In this document: positions 1-31,737 of the stretch, one piece after another | How the letters are laid out: each line of letters opens with the position of its first letter | How positions within the stretch are numbered: the first letter of the stretch is position 1 | NCBI RefSeq assembly: GCF_009914755.1 | Contig: NC_060941.1 | DNA length: 64,000 bases | Direction: 5' to 3' (one strand) | Origin: the human T2T-CHM13v2.0 reference genome, Homo sapiens | Translations under genes and position numbers: made by a program | The notes under the pieces: generated by a model | Seen by the model: the letters and a program-made list of their open reading frames with translations, nothing else | Databases searched by the model: none | What the model was told of the DNA's origin: nothing

Positions 1-2920
<2,920 letters not shown>

Positions 2921-3239
2921 CATTTTCTTTTTTTTTTTTTTTCTTTTTATACAGGGTCTCATTCTGTCACCCAGGCTGGGTGCAGTGGCATGATCACAGC
3001 TCACTGTAGCCTTGACCTCCAGGGCTCAAGCAATCCTCCCAGCTCAGCCTCCTGAGTGGCTGGGACTACAGGCCCACACCACAACACCAGCTAATTTTTG
3101 TATTTTTAGTAGAAGGCTTTCACCACGTTGCCCAGGCTGGTCTCAAACACCTGAGTTTAACTGATCTGCCCATCTCGGCCTCCCAAAGCGCTGGGATTAC
3201 AGATGTGAGCCACCATGCCCAGCTGTGCTTGAACTTTTA

Positions 3240-5280
<2,041 letters not shown>

Positions 5281-5284
5281 TCTA

Positions 5285-8105
<2,821 letters not shown>

Positions 8106-8129
8106 ATCCAGGCTGACAACTCCCCAATC

Positions 8130-9035
8130 TGTCCCCAGTCTAGACTTTTCTGAAATTCAAGTGCACTTCTGACATCGACACTTAGATATCCAATGGTTAT
8201 CTTAAATTTAACATGTCCAACAGAAACTCCTCATCTTGTCCCCATAGCCTGCTCTATCCATATAGTCTTTCCCATCACTGTAATCGACAACATCCTTTCA
8301 GCTGCTCAGGCCAAAAACCTTGGAGTCATCCTTGAGTCTTCTCTCTCACACCCTCACATTCAATCTATCAGTGAATGCTGTTGCCTCTACCACCAGAAAG
8401 ATTTCTTACCACCTCCACTACTATTACCCTAGTCAAAGCTACACTCATCTCTCACCTGGGTAACGACAAGAGTCTCCTGATTAGTCTCCCAGCTTCTGCT
8501 CTTCCCCTTACATGCACACAGTCTATTCTCAAGCAGCAGCCAGCTTGATCCTTTTTAAAAACATTAGTCACATCACTTTTCTTCCACTCAAAACCCTCTA
8601 AATGGCTCCCATCACACTTTGTGGAAAAGCCCAAGTCTTCAACTGGCCTTCTAGTTGTTCCTCAAGCTTACAGGCATGCTCCCAGCCCTCATCATTTATA
8701 TTGGCTGTTCACTCTGCTTAAAAAGCTCTTCCCACAGATATCCACATGGCTCACTCTCATTTCAAGTCAAGTCTTTGTTCAAATGTCACTTTCTCAGTAA
8801 GGTCTTCACTGACTACCTTATTTAAAATTTCAATCCCCACCCCCACCCCACCCCCACTTCTTTATTCCCATAATACTTAGCAACTTCTAATATAATATAT
8901 AATTATGGTTTTTAATTTGTTTATTGTCTCTACCACTAGAATATATGTTACATGAGGAGAGTGATTTTATTACTCTATCTCTCGTACCTAGAACATAGTA
9001 ATAAGCACTCAATAAATATTTACGAAACCAGTGAA
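8130..9035 (+). mobile_element. LINE-2 3' fragment
   Basis: 'gctcaggccaaaaaccttggagtcatccttgag', 'aaatgtcactttctcagtaagg', terminal 'gcactcaataaatattt'. Confidence 0.7.
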
Positions 9036-9148
9036 GGAAATAAACAAAAAGAAAAGTGAAACTGACTTTAATTTTCTGAAATCTCTAGTTTTTAAATCTT
9101 TCGGCATATATAACAATAAAATTAGAAAACATGCAAAAGTTAAAACTA

Positions 9149-9265
<117 letters not shown>

Positions 9266-9464
9266 CTAAGTGATAAGTTTATATACATAAACATTAACTT
9301 TTGCCTTCCATATAGTAAACTAAAACGTGTATGCGGTTTCACAAATACCAATACATTTATACCACGAAGACCATGTAAGAGTCATCTAAAGAAGGGAAAA
9401 AAGCCGGGTGCTGTGGTTCACGCCTGTAATCCCAGCACTTTGGGAGGCCGAGACAGGTGGATCA

Positions 9465-9835
<371 letters not shown>

Positions 9836-10034
9836 TCAATCTTGCACTAATAGTTGTTATAATGTTCTCTATTACAAAGTAGCCACCTCCATTTCTGTCT
9901 GGAAAAGGGCAGCACTTAAATACAAGTGAGAACTAATACAACTTCCTAACATCCGATATGAAAACAACAAGCAACAGGAAAATGAATTAATAGCAGTACA
10001 CAATTCAAAGAATAAGAATTACAAAAAGATATTA

Positions 10035-10406
<372 letters not shown>

Positions 10407-10613
10407 TTAAATTAATAGCTAACTGGTCCTCATGCATTTGTGCAGCATCAAATCTGCTAACATTCCATGTTGGTAAAAATGAGGGAAAAGGAGCAGTCTT
10501 CTATCTTGCTGTATTCACTGGGACAGCCTATTTGGAGAGTGTATCTTTTGGTCTGACAATTCCATTTCTAGGAGTCCACCCTAACAAAATGCACACATAC
10601 ACAAAGGAGTACA

Positions 10614-10644
<31 letters not shown>

Positions 10645-10751
10645 TTCACTAGAGCCTGTTTGCAGTAACCAAAAAAATGAAAACAGGGATCTGATTAAAT
10701 AAAATAATGTACATCTATGGGACTCTCTGTGGCATTTAAAAGCATACAGTG

Positions 10752-11573
<822 letters not shown>

Positions 11574-12144
11574 CTACATCTTGCTGCGGAACATCATCTG
11601 TGATGTGCTACAAAGTAAAAAACAAAAGGACGCTGCAAACAACTCACAAAATATGATGTAATTTGTCTTAAACTATGTGTGTGTATAAATACATACATAA
11701 ACAAGCACTCATCTCAAGATACAAGTTCGAGAGGAAAAAAAAAGGAAAACAAGCATTCAAACACGTATAAAGAACACCCAAAAAACTATGAAGACAGAGA
11801 CACAGCAAACTCTTGTTACCCCTAAAGAGAGCAAAGCTGGGGGGAATTCACTTCCTACTTTATGCGTATCTATTCTATTCTGTCCACATTACCCTCCCCA
11901 CAAGGAACACATGTAACTTCCGTATCTTTTTCTTTTAAATTTACATTTTAAAAAAGAAAGAAAAGAGTACAGCACTACACAGACACCTATGATGTGCCAG
12001 CAATTTTCTAATTTGTTGTAACAAATGCTTTCACATTATCAACTGAAAAAGAATTAAAAAATGAGAATACACAAAACACAAACAGTTCAAATAAACAACA
12101 CTGTATTCACAAATAGTAAAACCCAGTGTAATCTAAACACATAC

Positions 12145-12203
12145 CTAGGCATTAAGCTCCTGTTTTTTTCATAAAACATCCTTAAGTCTTGAGGACTATT
12201 GGC
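12145..12203 (-). CDS. ULK2: ULK2 coding exon 9 (59 nt; ANSPQDLRMFYEKNRSLMP(S))
   Basis: Acceptor tttttttaatag|GCC and donor CCTAG|gtatgt. Frame is continuous with exons 8 and 10. Confidence 0.95.
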
Positions 12204-12511
12204 CTATTAAAAAAAAAAAGGTTTAATTTCCTAAACAATGGGGGCAAAACTTTCAAATCATATGATTGACACTCATATGCTTTTTTTTTAAGGGATTGAG
12301 GGAGTGGGAGTTTCAAGGAAGGGACTGCTGACAGGAAAGGAGGGAAAGTATGAGGGAGGAGGAAAGCAAAGAGAGATGATGCTCATATTCTTGCTACAGA
12401 ACATAGACTATCAACTTGAAAGCCATGGATTGCTGAAGGACCCATAACTGGTCATTAGGAACTCATAAAACCTATGACATTGTGTGAAAATTCTGTACAT
12501 CTGAGTATAAC

Positions 12512-12555
12512 GTACCTTTTCTGAGGTACCTTTTCTGAAGTACCTTTTCTGAGGT
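12512..12555. repeat. 14-bp tandem repeat x3 (gtaccttttctgaR)
   Basis: Units at 12512-12525, 12526-12539 and 12540-12553. Confidence 0.9.
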
Positions 12556-12835
12556 CAGACTCTGAGAGGAGCCTGAAACTTAGAATAGATTAAGGACCAC
12601 TATTCTGAAGGTTACACGGCCTGCCCAATAGGTACATTATTGTTGGGTAAAATTCAGGTGTACTTTACCTTAGGACCCTAAAGGAATTCAAAGAAAAGAA
12701 CTATGTATACTGCTACTATTCAGTCTCTCCACAACAACAAATAGCTGATAACAACAGCTGCTGAATTAGTGAAGCCTCCTCTACATGCAAACTAGACTAA
12801 GAAATTAAAAGTGTTTAACCTGGCTGTGTCACTAA

Positions 12836-13234
<399 letters not shown>

Positions 13235-13770
13235 TAAGAAATTATAACATGGCAATATGAACTCAAGAGAAATCATCGTGATTATACTCTACAGGGTCAC
13301 TTTTTGGCAGGATGTTGGGGGAGAGGAGGAGAAGACAGACCCATAATAATTTCCATAAAGTGTATATAATTACCTCCCTCTCACCTAGCAGTGTCAGAAA
13401 TAGAGAGCTAGAGATGGTTTCCAGAGATCTCCCCAGACCAGCCCCAGCCCTCATGTGGATTCCGGGATCCCAAAACCAGGCTAACTAGGAAGCTCTGGTG
13501 TCACCATTCACACCCATTTCCCACCAGGCTGTTAGCCCCGAACCCAACATACAACAGACTTCATGCCCAGTCCAACTACAAAGGGCAGGCAGATAAAAGG
13601 GGAAAACCAAAAGACGTTCTGACTCACTAAAGCAGTTTTTGCCTATAACAGAATCAAAGTAACTCACAGAGGAGCCAAAAACACTGCTTTCAAAGTATTC
13701 TTCATTTTACAAATCAAACGCAACTATAAAATGACAAGATCCCAAAACTGAGGACATAAGAAAAAAGTCA

Positions 13771-13917
<147 letters not shown>

Positions 13918-14219
13918 TTACATAATTAATATGCACATATTAATTAACTGGTAAAGGTGACACTTCTAACAAACTACCAGAATAAAACAACACCCTGTGA
14001 TAGTTCTCTAATCAAATAATAAGGCAAAGAACTTACAACATATTATTATATATTGAGATTTACTAGTAAATCTCAAAATCAATGTTGCATGAAAAGAGGC
14101 AAGTTATAGAAACAAATGTTTCACCTGATTATAATGGACACATAAAGTACAGTAAGAGGGCCGAAAGAGTAAAGAAAAATACACACCATAGGACATGGTG
14201 TATAAAATACATACCATAG

Positions 14220-14594
<375 letters not shown>

Positions 14595-15959
14595 TGAGCC
14601 CCTGCGCCTGGCCTATTTGATTTCTTTCAAAAACAAGATCAAGACAAACATGGCAAAATGTTAACTTTGTGAAATACGGATGGTGGGTACATAGGTGTTT
14701 GCTATATTATTCCCTATGTTTTTTGTAATCTGAATACTTTTATAGTAATAGAAAAACTATGATGCAAAACCCCACACAATACTAAAAATTGTCCTAAAAG
14801 CAAAACCATTTCTCTGCTGCTTTGTTACGGGTATTTTCCCACCTCTCATCAAATGTTGCATTTTAAATATACCATTAATCAGGACAAATATTAAACAGAA
14901 ATGGAAAATATACTTAAAGATAGTTTTATTTCTCAGATGTAACATTTCCTTTTAACTTTAATTCTTTGTGGAAATGGGATCTTGCTGTGTTCACAGGCTG
15001 GCCATGAACGCCTGAGAAGTCCTCTTGCCTCAGCCTCCCAAGTAGCTGGGACTAAAGGCACGCCATCACTACACCCAGCTCAGGCATAACATTTTTATTT
15101 ATTTTCCCTAGTAAATTTCTTATTAAGTCAATATCCTTTAATAATCAGCCAAAGCACTCTAACCTCAAGGCTAAACTAATTTTATACTCAAGAAGTACAA
15201 AGTAATTTTAAAATTTATATAAAATTATAAAATTATATATAAGCAGTAAAATTATGATCAAGACTATAAATCTAATAAAATTTTTTTGAAATTTGATTAC
15301 CAGTTCAAAGTTGATTTTAGTTTAGAGAAATTTTGAATTTAATATAAACCCATTTTAAATTTAGAACTGAAATAGGTACATTTATTTTACATAATTCTGA
15401 ATCTCTAGAATTAAGGTATTTCCAGACTTAATACTGCACATTACATTAGAAGTTTCATAGCCTAACCCTATAATACATGATGATATCTATATGAGAGGAT
15501 AAAGGGGAAAGCTGAGATATTTCAGCTGTGTGAGGCTAATGGAAAAAACATCTACAACACAGGGATCCTGTCACGAGAGTTAACATGCAAAAGATAAGCA
15601 CATCCTACAGCTGAAGAAGTGCTCCCAGAAGATGTTTTTTAAAGCACTCTTATATTATACATTATGTACAGCATGACTACCCTTGATTAATTTTTATTTT
15701 CAACTTAATAGATTTGTCTCATAACTAATCTTTTTTAAAAAATAAAAACAAATGGGCAAAAATGACTTACTTTTACAGTCCACTATGCTAAGGCAAAAGA
15801 TGTCTGTATTATAGCATTATCAGTAATATAATTAACATTAGTAATAACAACTTGGACTATATGTAAAATCACATCTTATTTGGAAGCACGCATTATATTT
15901 AAATTCCAATGATTATGGAGCCATGCTTTAAACACACAAGGATGCAAACACTCACTCAC

Positions 15960-16033
15960 CATGTACATCGGGGATCCACACAGTGTTGCAGCCATCATGT
16001 TACTATGTAGGTAACGAGCAAAACCAAAATCCG
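15960..16033 (-). CDS. ULK2: ULK2 coding exon 7 (74 nt; (A)[24 protein letters not shown])
   Basis: DFG motif and ULK/Atg1 activation loop. Acceptor aaatag|CG, donor ATG|gtgagt. Confidence 0.97.
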
Positions 16034-16481
16034 CTATTTCACAAAACAGAAAGTAGAAAAGCAAATTACGTCTTCGCTCATACCTAACATATATCATATG
16101 ATTCTTCGAGACACAAGAAGGCACAAAGGACTGTGAAAAATAAACAGCTTATTGAATTAGACTGTCCACCAAAAAAAAAGTAGCTACCTTGATTTCAGCA
16201 AGCTAAAAATAGTAGTAATCGTCAACTGTACAAGTCACTGCTCTGCCAGATTTGTAACCAAGGTGTACGAAACTTTGCAAGTGAAAATGCTAATTATAAT
16301 AAGTAGCTCATTAATACAGTTTTCATTAAATATCAATACCAGATGTAGAATGTGAACAATTATGCTTTTATTGTTTCAAATAATTTTGAGGTACTACTAA
16401 AAAAAAACTGCCAAGGGCTAAACTAGATGGTCTCTGAGATCCCTACGTCAAAAGCCTAGGAACTGTAAAGAATCAGGGTTA

Positions 16482-16898
<417 letters not shown>

Positions 16899-17392
16899 TC
16901 AGCACTGCCTGAGACTTGGCAGAAACTGTCAATAATGTAAAGGATTCACCTATCTAAGAGAACTCCACGATCTCAATAAAAATATCAGATTGCATCAATA
17001 AAATCCATCATCTGGCCAGGTGTGGAGGCTCAAACCTGTAATCCCAGCACTTGCGGAAGCTGAGGCGGGCAGATCACCTGAGGTCAGGAGTTCAAGACCA
17101 GCCTGGCCAACATGGTGAAACCCTGTCTCTACTAAAAATATAAAATTTAGCTGGGCGTAGTGGTGCATGCCTGTAATCCCAACTACTCAGGAGGCTGAAG
17201 CAGGAGAATCGCTTGAACCCAGGAGGCGTAGGTTGCAGTGAGCCAAGATCGCGCCACTACACGCCAGCCTGAGCAACAGAGCGAGACTCCATCTCAAAAA
17301 AAAAAAAAAAATCCATCATTCAACAAAGCTAAAGTTGTCTAAAAATAGTTTCAAAAAATGTCCTTTCCATGACACAATACATGGCCATTTAC

Positions 17393-17566
17393 CTATTTTG
17401 ATGCGAATACCACTGACACTTGATTTTCTGCGATTGGCATAGGACAGCAAGATGTTCTGTGGTTTGAGATCTCTGTGGATGATTCCTTTGCTGTGCAGGA
17501 TTCGCATGGCAGCAGCAATCTGATGCAGAAACACTCTGATCGTGTCTTCACTGAGAGTCCCTTTCG
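17393..17566 (-). CDS. ULK2: ULK2 coding exon 6 (174 nt; (A)[57 protein letters not shown](A))
   Basis: HRDLKPQN catalytic loop. Acceptor gtaccag|CG, donor ATAG|gtaaat. Confidence 0.97.
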   Translation of the reverse strand, partial: RKGLSVKTRSECFCIRLLLPCESCTAKESSTEISNHRTSCCPMPIAENQVSVVFASK

Positions 17567-18169
17567 CTGGTACAAAAGGAGTCACGTAAATATTTAAGCA
17601 CACAAAATCAAATACCATCTGCATATTCCATCAACAGGATTGGGTTGTGAAGGAGAGCATGAAGGGAATGAGGAATTTGGATTCACATTTATTTATTTTT
17701 TTAACTTTAATAATTGAAGACTATGAAGAGATATCAGATTTCTCAAAACCTGTAGTCAATCTGTTGTAAAGAGAACTGACTGGCACTTTCACCTTTTGTT
17801 TCACCTGTGGTTTTTGCTTTTCCTTCATGTTTTTACTGCTGAAGGTGCCCACATGACTCTGAACACCATATGTACTCAATAAATATGAATGTCCTTTACA
17901 AGCCAAAAGCTAAGTTCCCTTCATATTAGTCAAATATCTGGAATAAGTGTCCATATTTAATTCCAACCATTATGTGAGCACAAATTAAAAACAAGCAAAA
18001 TCTTTGACCAGAGGGATCAGATACTACTGCTACCCGTGCCTGTGAGGCATCTGTGTTCCTGCATCTACTCTGTCCTTTTATCTCCCACACCCCCGTCCCA
18101 CTATCTTTCATAACTAAAAATACCTTAAGAATAAATGTTTTAACCGATTTCACCACTATAAAGAGGTGA

Positions 18170-18436
<267 letters not shown>

Positions 18437-18724
18437 TAAGTGATCCACTTGCCTCAGCTGCCCACAGTGCTGGGATTACACTGAGAGACATCGTGACCAG
18501 CCTATTCAGTAAATTCTATTTCTGTGTATGCCAGAGCATGTTGTGGTTAACAGCTTGACTTGAAGTCTAGCTGCCTTTGTTCAACTCCTAGTTCTTCCAC
18601 TTAATGTGTGACCCTTTTGAAAAGACAATCCCTCTGTGCCCACCTTCCTCATGTATAAAAGTTGATGAGAATAACTACGAGTTGACATGATGATTAAATA
18701 AAACCCATTTAATAATGAAAACTT

Positions 18725-18780
18725 GTGCTCATTTCAGCAGCACATATACTAAAATTGGAACAATACAGAGAAGATTAGCA
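18725..18780 (+). pseudogene. RNU6 (pseudogene): 3'-truncated U6 snRNA retropseudogene (U6 nt ~1-56)
   Basis: gtgctcatttcagcagcacatatactaaaattggaacaatacagagaagattagca matches the U6 5' half including the ACAGAGA box. Followed by an A-rich tail, with TSD atgaaaactt (18715-18724 / 18813-18822). Sits inside a MIR-like relic. Confidence 0.9.
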
Positions 18781-19215
18781 AAAAATATTTATATTAAAAA
18801 AAGAAAAAAATTATGAAAACTTTAGAAAAAGGCTTTGCACATATTTCAATGTAGCAGGTATGCAAATACTTATTACAATGAGTCTAAAAGTCACAAGTGT
18901 AATTCCTTACCTACACTGAGGATTTAGTATCCATGTACCTATTTAAATTATTCGTGATGCATGTCTGTCCATATAATTCTTAGAATATGTTCTATATAAC
19001 CTTTCCATTTGTAAATAAGAGAGAAATAACATTAGTATTTGGAACAAGTGAAATACTGTGGTTTTAAAATCATTTTAATGACCTGTCAAGTTTTACATGT
19101 CCTTAACATCTTCAAATAAAATAAATCTTTATGGTTTAAAAATTATCAAATATGGCCCAGTGTGTGGCTCACGCCTGTAATCCCAGCACTTTGGGAGGCT
19201 GAGGCGGGCCGATCA

Positions 19216-19425
<210 letters not shown>

Positions 19426-20024
19426 TCATCTCCAAAAAAAAAAAAGGAAAAAGAAAATACTCTGGAGGCACACAATTTGATCTGAATGCTTCATATCCTA
19501 CATGTATGCATTTTGGGTTCAGAATTTCAAGCACCATCTAATATTAAAATCTTACTTCTGTACCACAAAATAATTTAAATGTTACCTTTAATGCCTTATA
19601 ATTTTTGTTGCCTTTTTTTAATTACAAGAAATATTCACATAAATACCTTCTTGGATATATTTTTCCACTATAATTTTTTAATTTTGAAAGAAACGAAACG
19701 GACTAAAACTCAGTCAAGCCTTTTGAAGGAGAGGAATTCTATCGGGTTTCTCCTCTCCTGGGGATAGGACCATCTCTCAAACACTGTCAGAGAGAGACAC
19801 ACAAAAAGGTAAATACTTATATACAAGTAAAGCTTAGAAACAAAACCACAAACAACAACAACAACTGGTCTGCAAAGTGACCACAAGTCAAACAAATACA
19901 CAAATATTTATTGAATGTTTCTATACAAGAGCAGAAAATGGGTAGTGTATTTCACAAGTACCTCTTAGGATTAAACAGGCTGCAGCACTGTCTTTACTGA
20001 ACACTGACACACATACACAGTTAC

Positions 20025-20061
20025 CTTGCAAATAATCTGCGAGGTCTCCACCATTGCAATA
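20025..20061 (-). CDS. ULK2: ULK2 coding exon 5 (37 nt; YCNGGDLADYLQ(A))
   Basis: Kinase hinge. Acceptor atgtcag|TAT, donor CAAG|gtaact. Confidence 0.95.
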
Positions 20062-20396
20062 CTGACATAGAAAAGAGAAAGTAATGAAAATAAGGACAGT
20101 GATTCAAGATTAATTCAATCCATTCTCAATTGTGATTAAAAAATCATTTGTATATAATGTCATGTAAATATAGCCTAAAAACATTATAGATTCAAAATTT
20201 TTTAAATTTTATATTCCTTGAGTAGAATCTAGATCACTGAATCAACTTTATTAATACAAAAATTCAAATAATCTACTACCAATTTTAAAGTTCATATTAA
20301 TCAAAAAGGATTTGAAATATGCAGATTTATGCTAGAATCTAAAAAAAAAAAAAAGAAATTTGAAATAAATTAAACAGAAGTTTGTATACTACCTAC

Positions 20397-20429
20397 CTCC
20401 ATCACCAAAAAGACAGAGTTGGGTAATTC
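20397..20429 (-). CDS. ULK2: ULK2 coding exon 4 (33 nt; ELPNSVFLVME)
   Basis: Acceptor ttttcag|GAA, donor GAG|gtaggt. Gatekeeper region LVME. Confidence 0.95.
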
Positions 20430-21198
20430 CTGAAAAGTAAACATATTAAATATCATTTAGAGAAAAATTAAACACAAAATTTAAAGATAATGATAGTTAA
20501 AAATACCATACTTGTTCATTATTAAAACTGGTAAAATGAAATCACAAAATCTATTAGAAAGTGAAATTAAAATTCCCAACACAATGATGTAATTATCTCC
20601 TCTACAAAGCCAAATCAAGTTTTGGTAACACTAATGTAGTCATCAAGAAGTAAAATTTTGTTTACAGAAATAACTAGAGAAAGATTCATCTTTTGGTTAT
20701 GATTGACCTAAAACAACAGATCTAGGACAAAAAGCATGGTAAATTTACAATGGGGAAAAAGGAAGGATTCTTTGGTCCTTGGGGAAACACTTCCACTTTG
20801 AAAAGTTTATGATTTGGAGCAGCAAAACAGCATAATCCTCCCTAGCAACACTATATGCACAGTCTGATTTCTGGAATATATGACTCAGGACGCCTGGTTT
20901 TTTGTTTTTCTGTTTTTTATGTTTATTTGGGGCAATCGCATTATCAGCAATTGGTGGCAAAGGGAAATGTTTTATCACATTATCAACACATGTTCCACAA
21001 TGTTGAGGAAATGAATTGAGGGCTCTTAAAAAGTCTCTCAAATCCATATAGCTCCAGGTCTGCTGTTGATTAAGTAACTCAAAGACTGATTAGCTGGCTC
21101 TTCAATGGCAATTTTTATAACGATAACTAAAATTTAGATTGAACTTCCCTGTGGCTTAACTTGAGCCAGTGTGCAAATGTAATTCAAAATATAGCTTT

Positions 21199-27985
<6,787 letters not shown>

Positions 27986-28769
27986 TTACATGTCCCTACT
28001 AGAGCTTCTGATACTACAGCTTCTGAGTTTCTTATCTTGATTTAAAATGTCTTTCCATCCCTTGGATTGTACAGTCATTTAAATATTATTCTGAGACTGT
28101 TATTGTTTACTTTATATATTTAAGCTTTTAATTCATTTGGAAATGATTTTGGAAAATGATGAGAATGGTGTTCCAATTCTATTTTTTGTCAGATGTCTCA
28201 GTTTTATGAGCACCACCTATTAAATTAATCATCTTTTTCTTGCGATACTAAAAATTACCAAGAGGTAGATATTTAACCAGGCCACTGACAATCACACAGT
28301 TATGTATTCCTAAGTGAAAGTACTTATCTCATGCTCAGAGTGCTCTAGGAGATTTATCTTTTGAAAAACAAAAACGGTATCACTCTCCTGCTTTTAAAAC
28401 TCTTCAATAGCTTTGTACTGTCCTTAAGATAAAGATCAGATCTGGCTCCTGCTAACCTCTCCAGTATCATCTAACACTATGCTCTCGCTCTCATTACTGT
28501 ACTCCAGACACACTAGCCTTCTTCCAGTTCCTCAAACTCAGTGATCTCTCCTGTCAGTGGTCTTTACAGAAGCCTTCATCTCCTTGGGAAACTTACTTTA
28601 TTTTCTCCCATTAACCCCCACCTAGCCTTCTCCCACCCATCCCTCAGTCTCTACAGATATCATTTCCCCAGGAAGCCTTCCCTTGTCCCATTTTCCTAGG
28701 CCCCATATTGTTCAAACCTCGCCAAGAGCTCTCCCTTACAGCACTTGGCACACTTGGAAATAGTAACTA

Positions 28770-29081
<312 letters not shown>

Positions 29082-29318
29082 CTATTTGCTTAATGTCATC
29101 TTCCCTAATATCCTGTAAGAGTTCCACAATGACAAGGACCATTTCTACTTTGTTCACCACTATACGCCTGTACATCTCATTAACCAGCTCAAGAAATACT
29201 AGTCACAAATAAACCAGTAAGAAAAATGAACACAACCTATGCATCATAGGACAGCAATGGGAACGTCACAGAAGAAATGTAAAAAGACAAATACAGCAAA
29301 AAGATGACTGATACCCTA

Positions 29319-29678
<360 letters not shown>

Positions 29679-29864
29679 TCACGCCTATAATCCCAGCACT
29701 TTAGGAAGCCAAGGCAGGAGGATCACTTTAGTCCAGCAGTTCGAGACCAGCCTGGGCAACATAGTGACCTCATCTCTATTAATTAAGTAAATATAATTTA
29801 AAAATGTTTTAAAAGATATTTTCCTAGTGTGAGATTATAAAAATTTTTTTTAAAAAGGTCACTA

Positions 29865-30086
<222 letters not shown>

Positions 30087-31169
30087 TCACTTGAACTCAG
30101 GAGGCAGAGGTTGCAGTGAGCTGAGACTGTCGCTGCACTCCCGCCTGGGTAACAGAAAGAATTGGTATAATCTTTTAAAAGATAGCTAATATCTTTGACC
30201 AAGCAATTCCACTTCAAGGAATTTATTCTACAGGAACACTATAAAAACACACAAAGATATATGCACACATCTTTCTCTGCAATACTGTTTCCAATAGGGA
30301 AAAAATAGGAAACACTCCAAATAGCCATAATTCGGTGGTTTCTTAAGCTACAGGACTCACTCTGTCACCCAAGCTGGAGTACAGTGGCCAGTGGTGCAAT
30401 CACAGCTCACTGTAACTTCAAGTTCCTGGGCTCAAGCCTTCCTTCCATTTTAGCCTCCCAAGTAGCTGGGATCACAGGTATGCGCCACCACATCTGGCTA
30501 ACTTTATTTTTTGTAGAAACAGGGTCTCACTATGTTGCACAGGCTGGTCTTGAACTTCTGGCCTCAAGCAATCCTCCAGCTTCAGCTTCCCAAAGCACTG
30601 AGTTTATGGTGTGAGCCACCATGCCTGGCTCATAATTGGGTTTTAAGTAAATTATCATTTAGCCCTACAATACTATACTGATTATGAAAAGGTATCTAAG
30701 ATACATTAAGCTTAATAAAACAAGTTGCATTTCTGTACAAACACTACTAATTCTCTCAAAATGAAAAGCTTTAAAAACTAAGTATAAATGTTTAGAAAAT
30801 TCTAAAACAAATATACCAAAGAGTGGTTATCCCTGGGAATTGCCATCTCTTTTCTAATTTACCATTCACACAGTATTTGATTAACTGTGGGTATATATTA
30901 CTTTTGGAATTAGTGGGAAAATGCATTTCTTTTTAAGTGTCATCTAAACTGAAAGCTGATTTTTACAATAGCAAAAGTTCCCAATTTATAAACTTCGGAC
31001 AGATAACCAAAACTAATGGTCAGTAAAAATGACATTCACTTCAAGTTGATAGTTACTGTATTAATTCCTAAACATACTGTACCCCTTGATGAACAATTTC
31101 AATCAATAAAACAAATATAAAGTATTAGGTCAAAACTCTATTTAATAGCCAAATACTTAAGACATTTGA

Positions 31170-31488
<319 letters not shown>

Positions 31489-31516
31489 TAAATTTGTTTT
31501 TATAAATTAGTTAAAA

Positions 31517-31587
31517 GCATTGGTGGTTCAATGGTAGAATTCTCGCCTCCCACGCAGGAGACCCAGGTTCGATTCCTGGCCAATGCA
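31517..31587 (+). tRNA. TRG-CCC: tRNA-Gly(CCC) gene copy, probably a retro-derived pseudogene, antisense in ULK2 intron 3
   Basis: 71-nt cloverleaf: acceptor GCATTGG/CCAATGC, D arm GTTC/GAAT, anticodon CCC at 31549-31551 (C:A mismatch in the stem), T arm CCAGG-TTCGATT-CCTGG. B box intact. Confidence 0.9.
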
Positions 31588-31591
31588 GCTC

Positions 31592-31737
31592 CCACCTTAA
31601 TCCCAGCTATTCAGGAGGCTGAGGCAGGAGAATCCCTTGAACTCAGGAGGCAGAGGTGCAATGAGCTGAGATTGTGCCATTGCACTCCACCCTGGGCGAC
31701 AAGAGCAAGACTTCTTCTCAAAAAAAAAAAGAAAAAC
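31592..31737 (+). mobile_element. Alu right monomer (AluSp/Sq-like) with A-tail, fused directly 3' of the tRNA
   Basis: taatcccagctattcaggaggctgaggcaggagaat...gacaagagcaagac..ctc, then an A-rich tail. No left monomer. Confidence 0.85.

Noticed and set aside
12512-12555. Short direct repeats as a possible CRISPR-like array
   Set aside because: No spacers, only three units, and a eukaryotic intron context.
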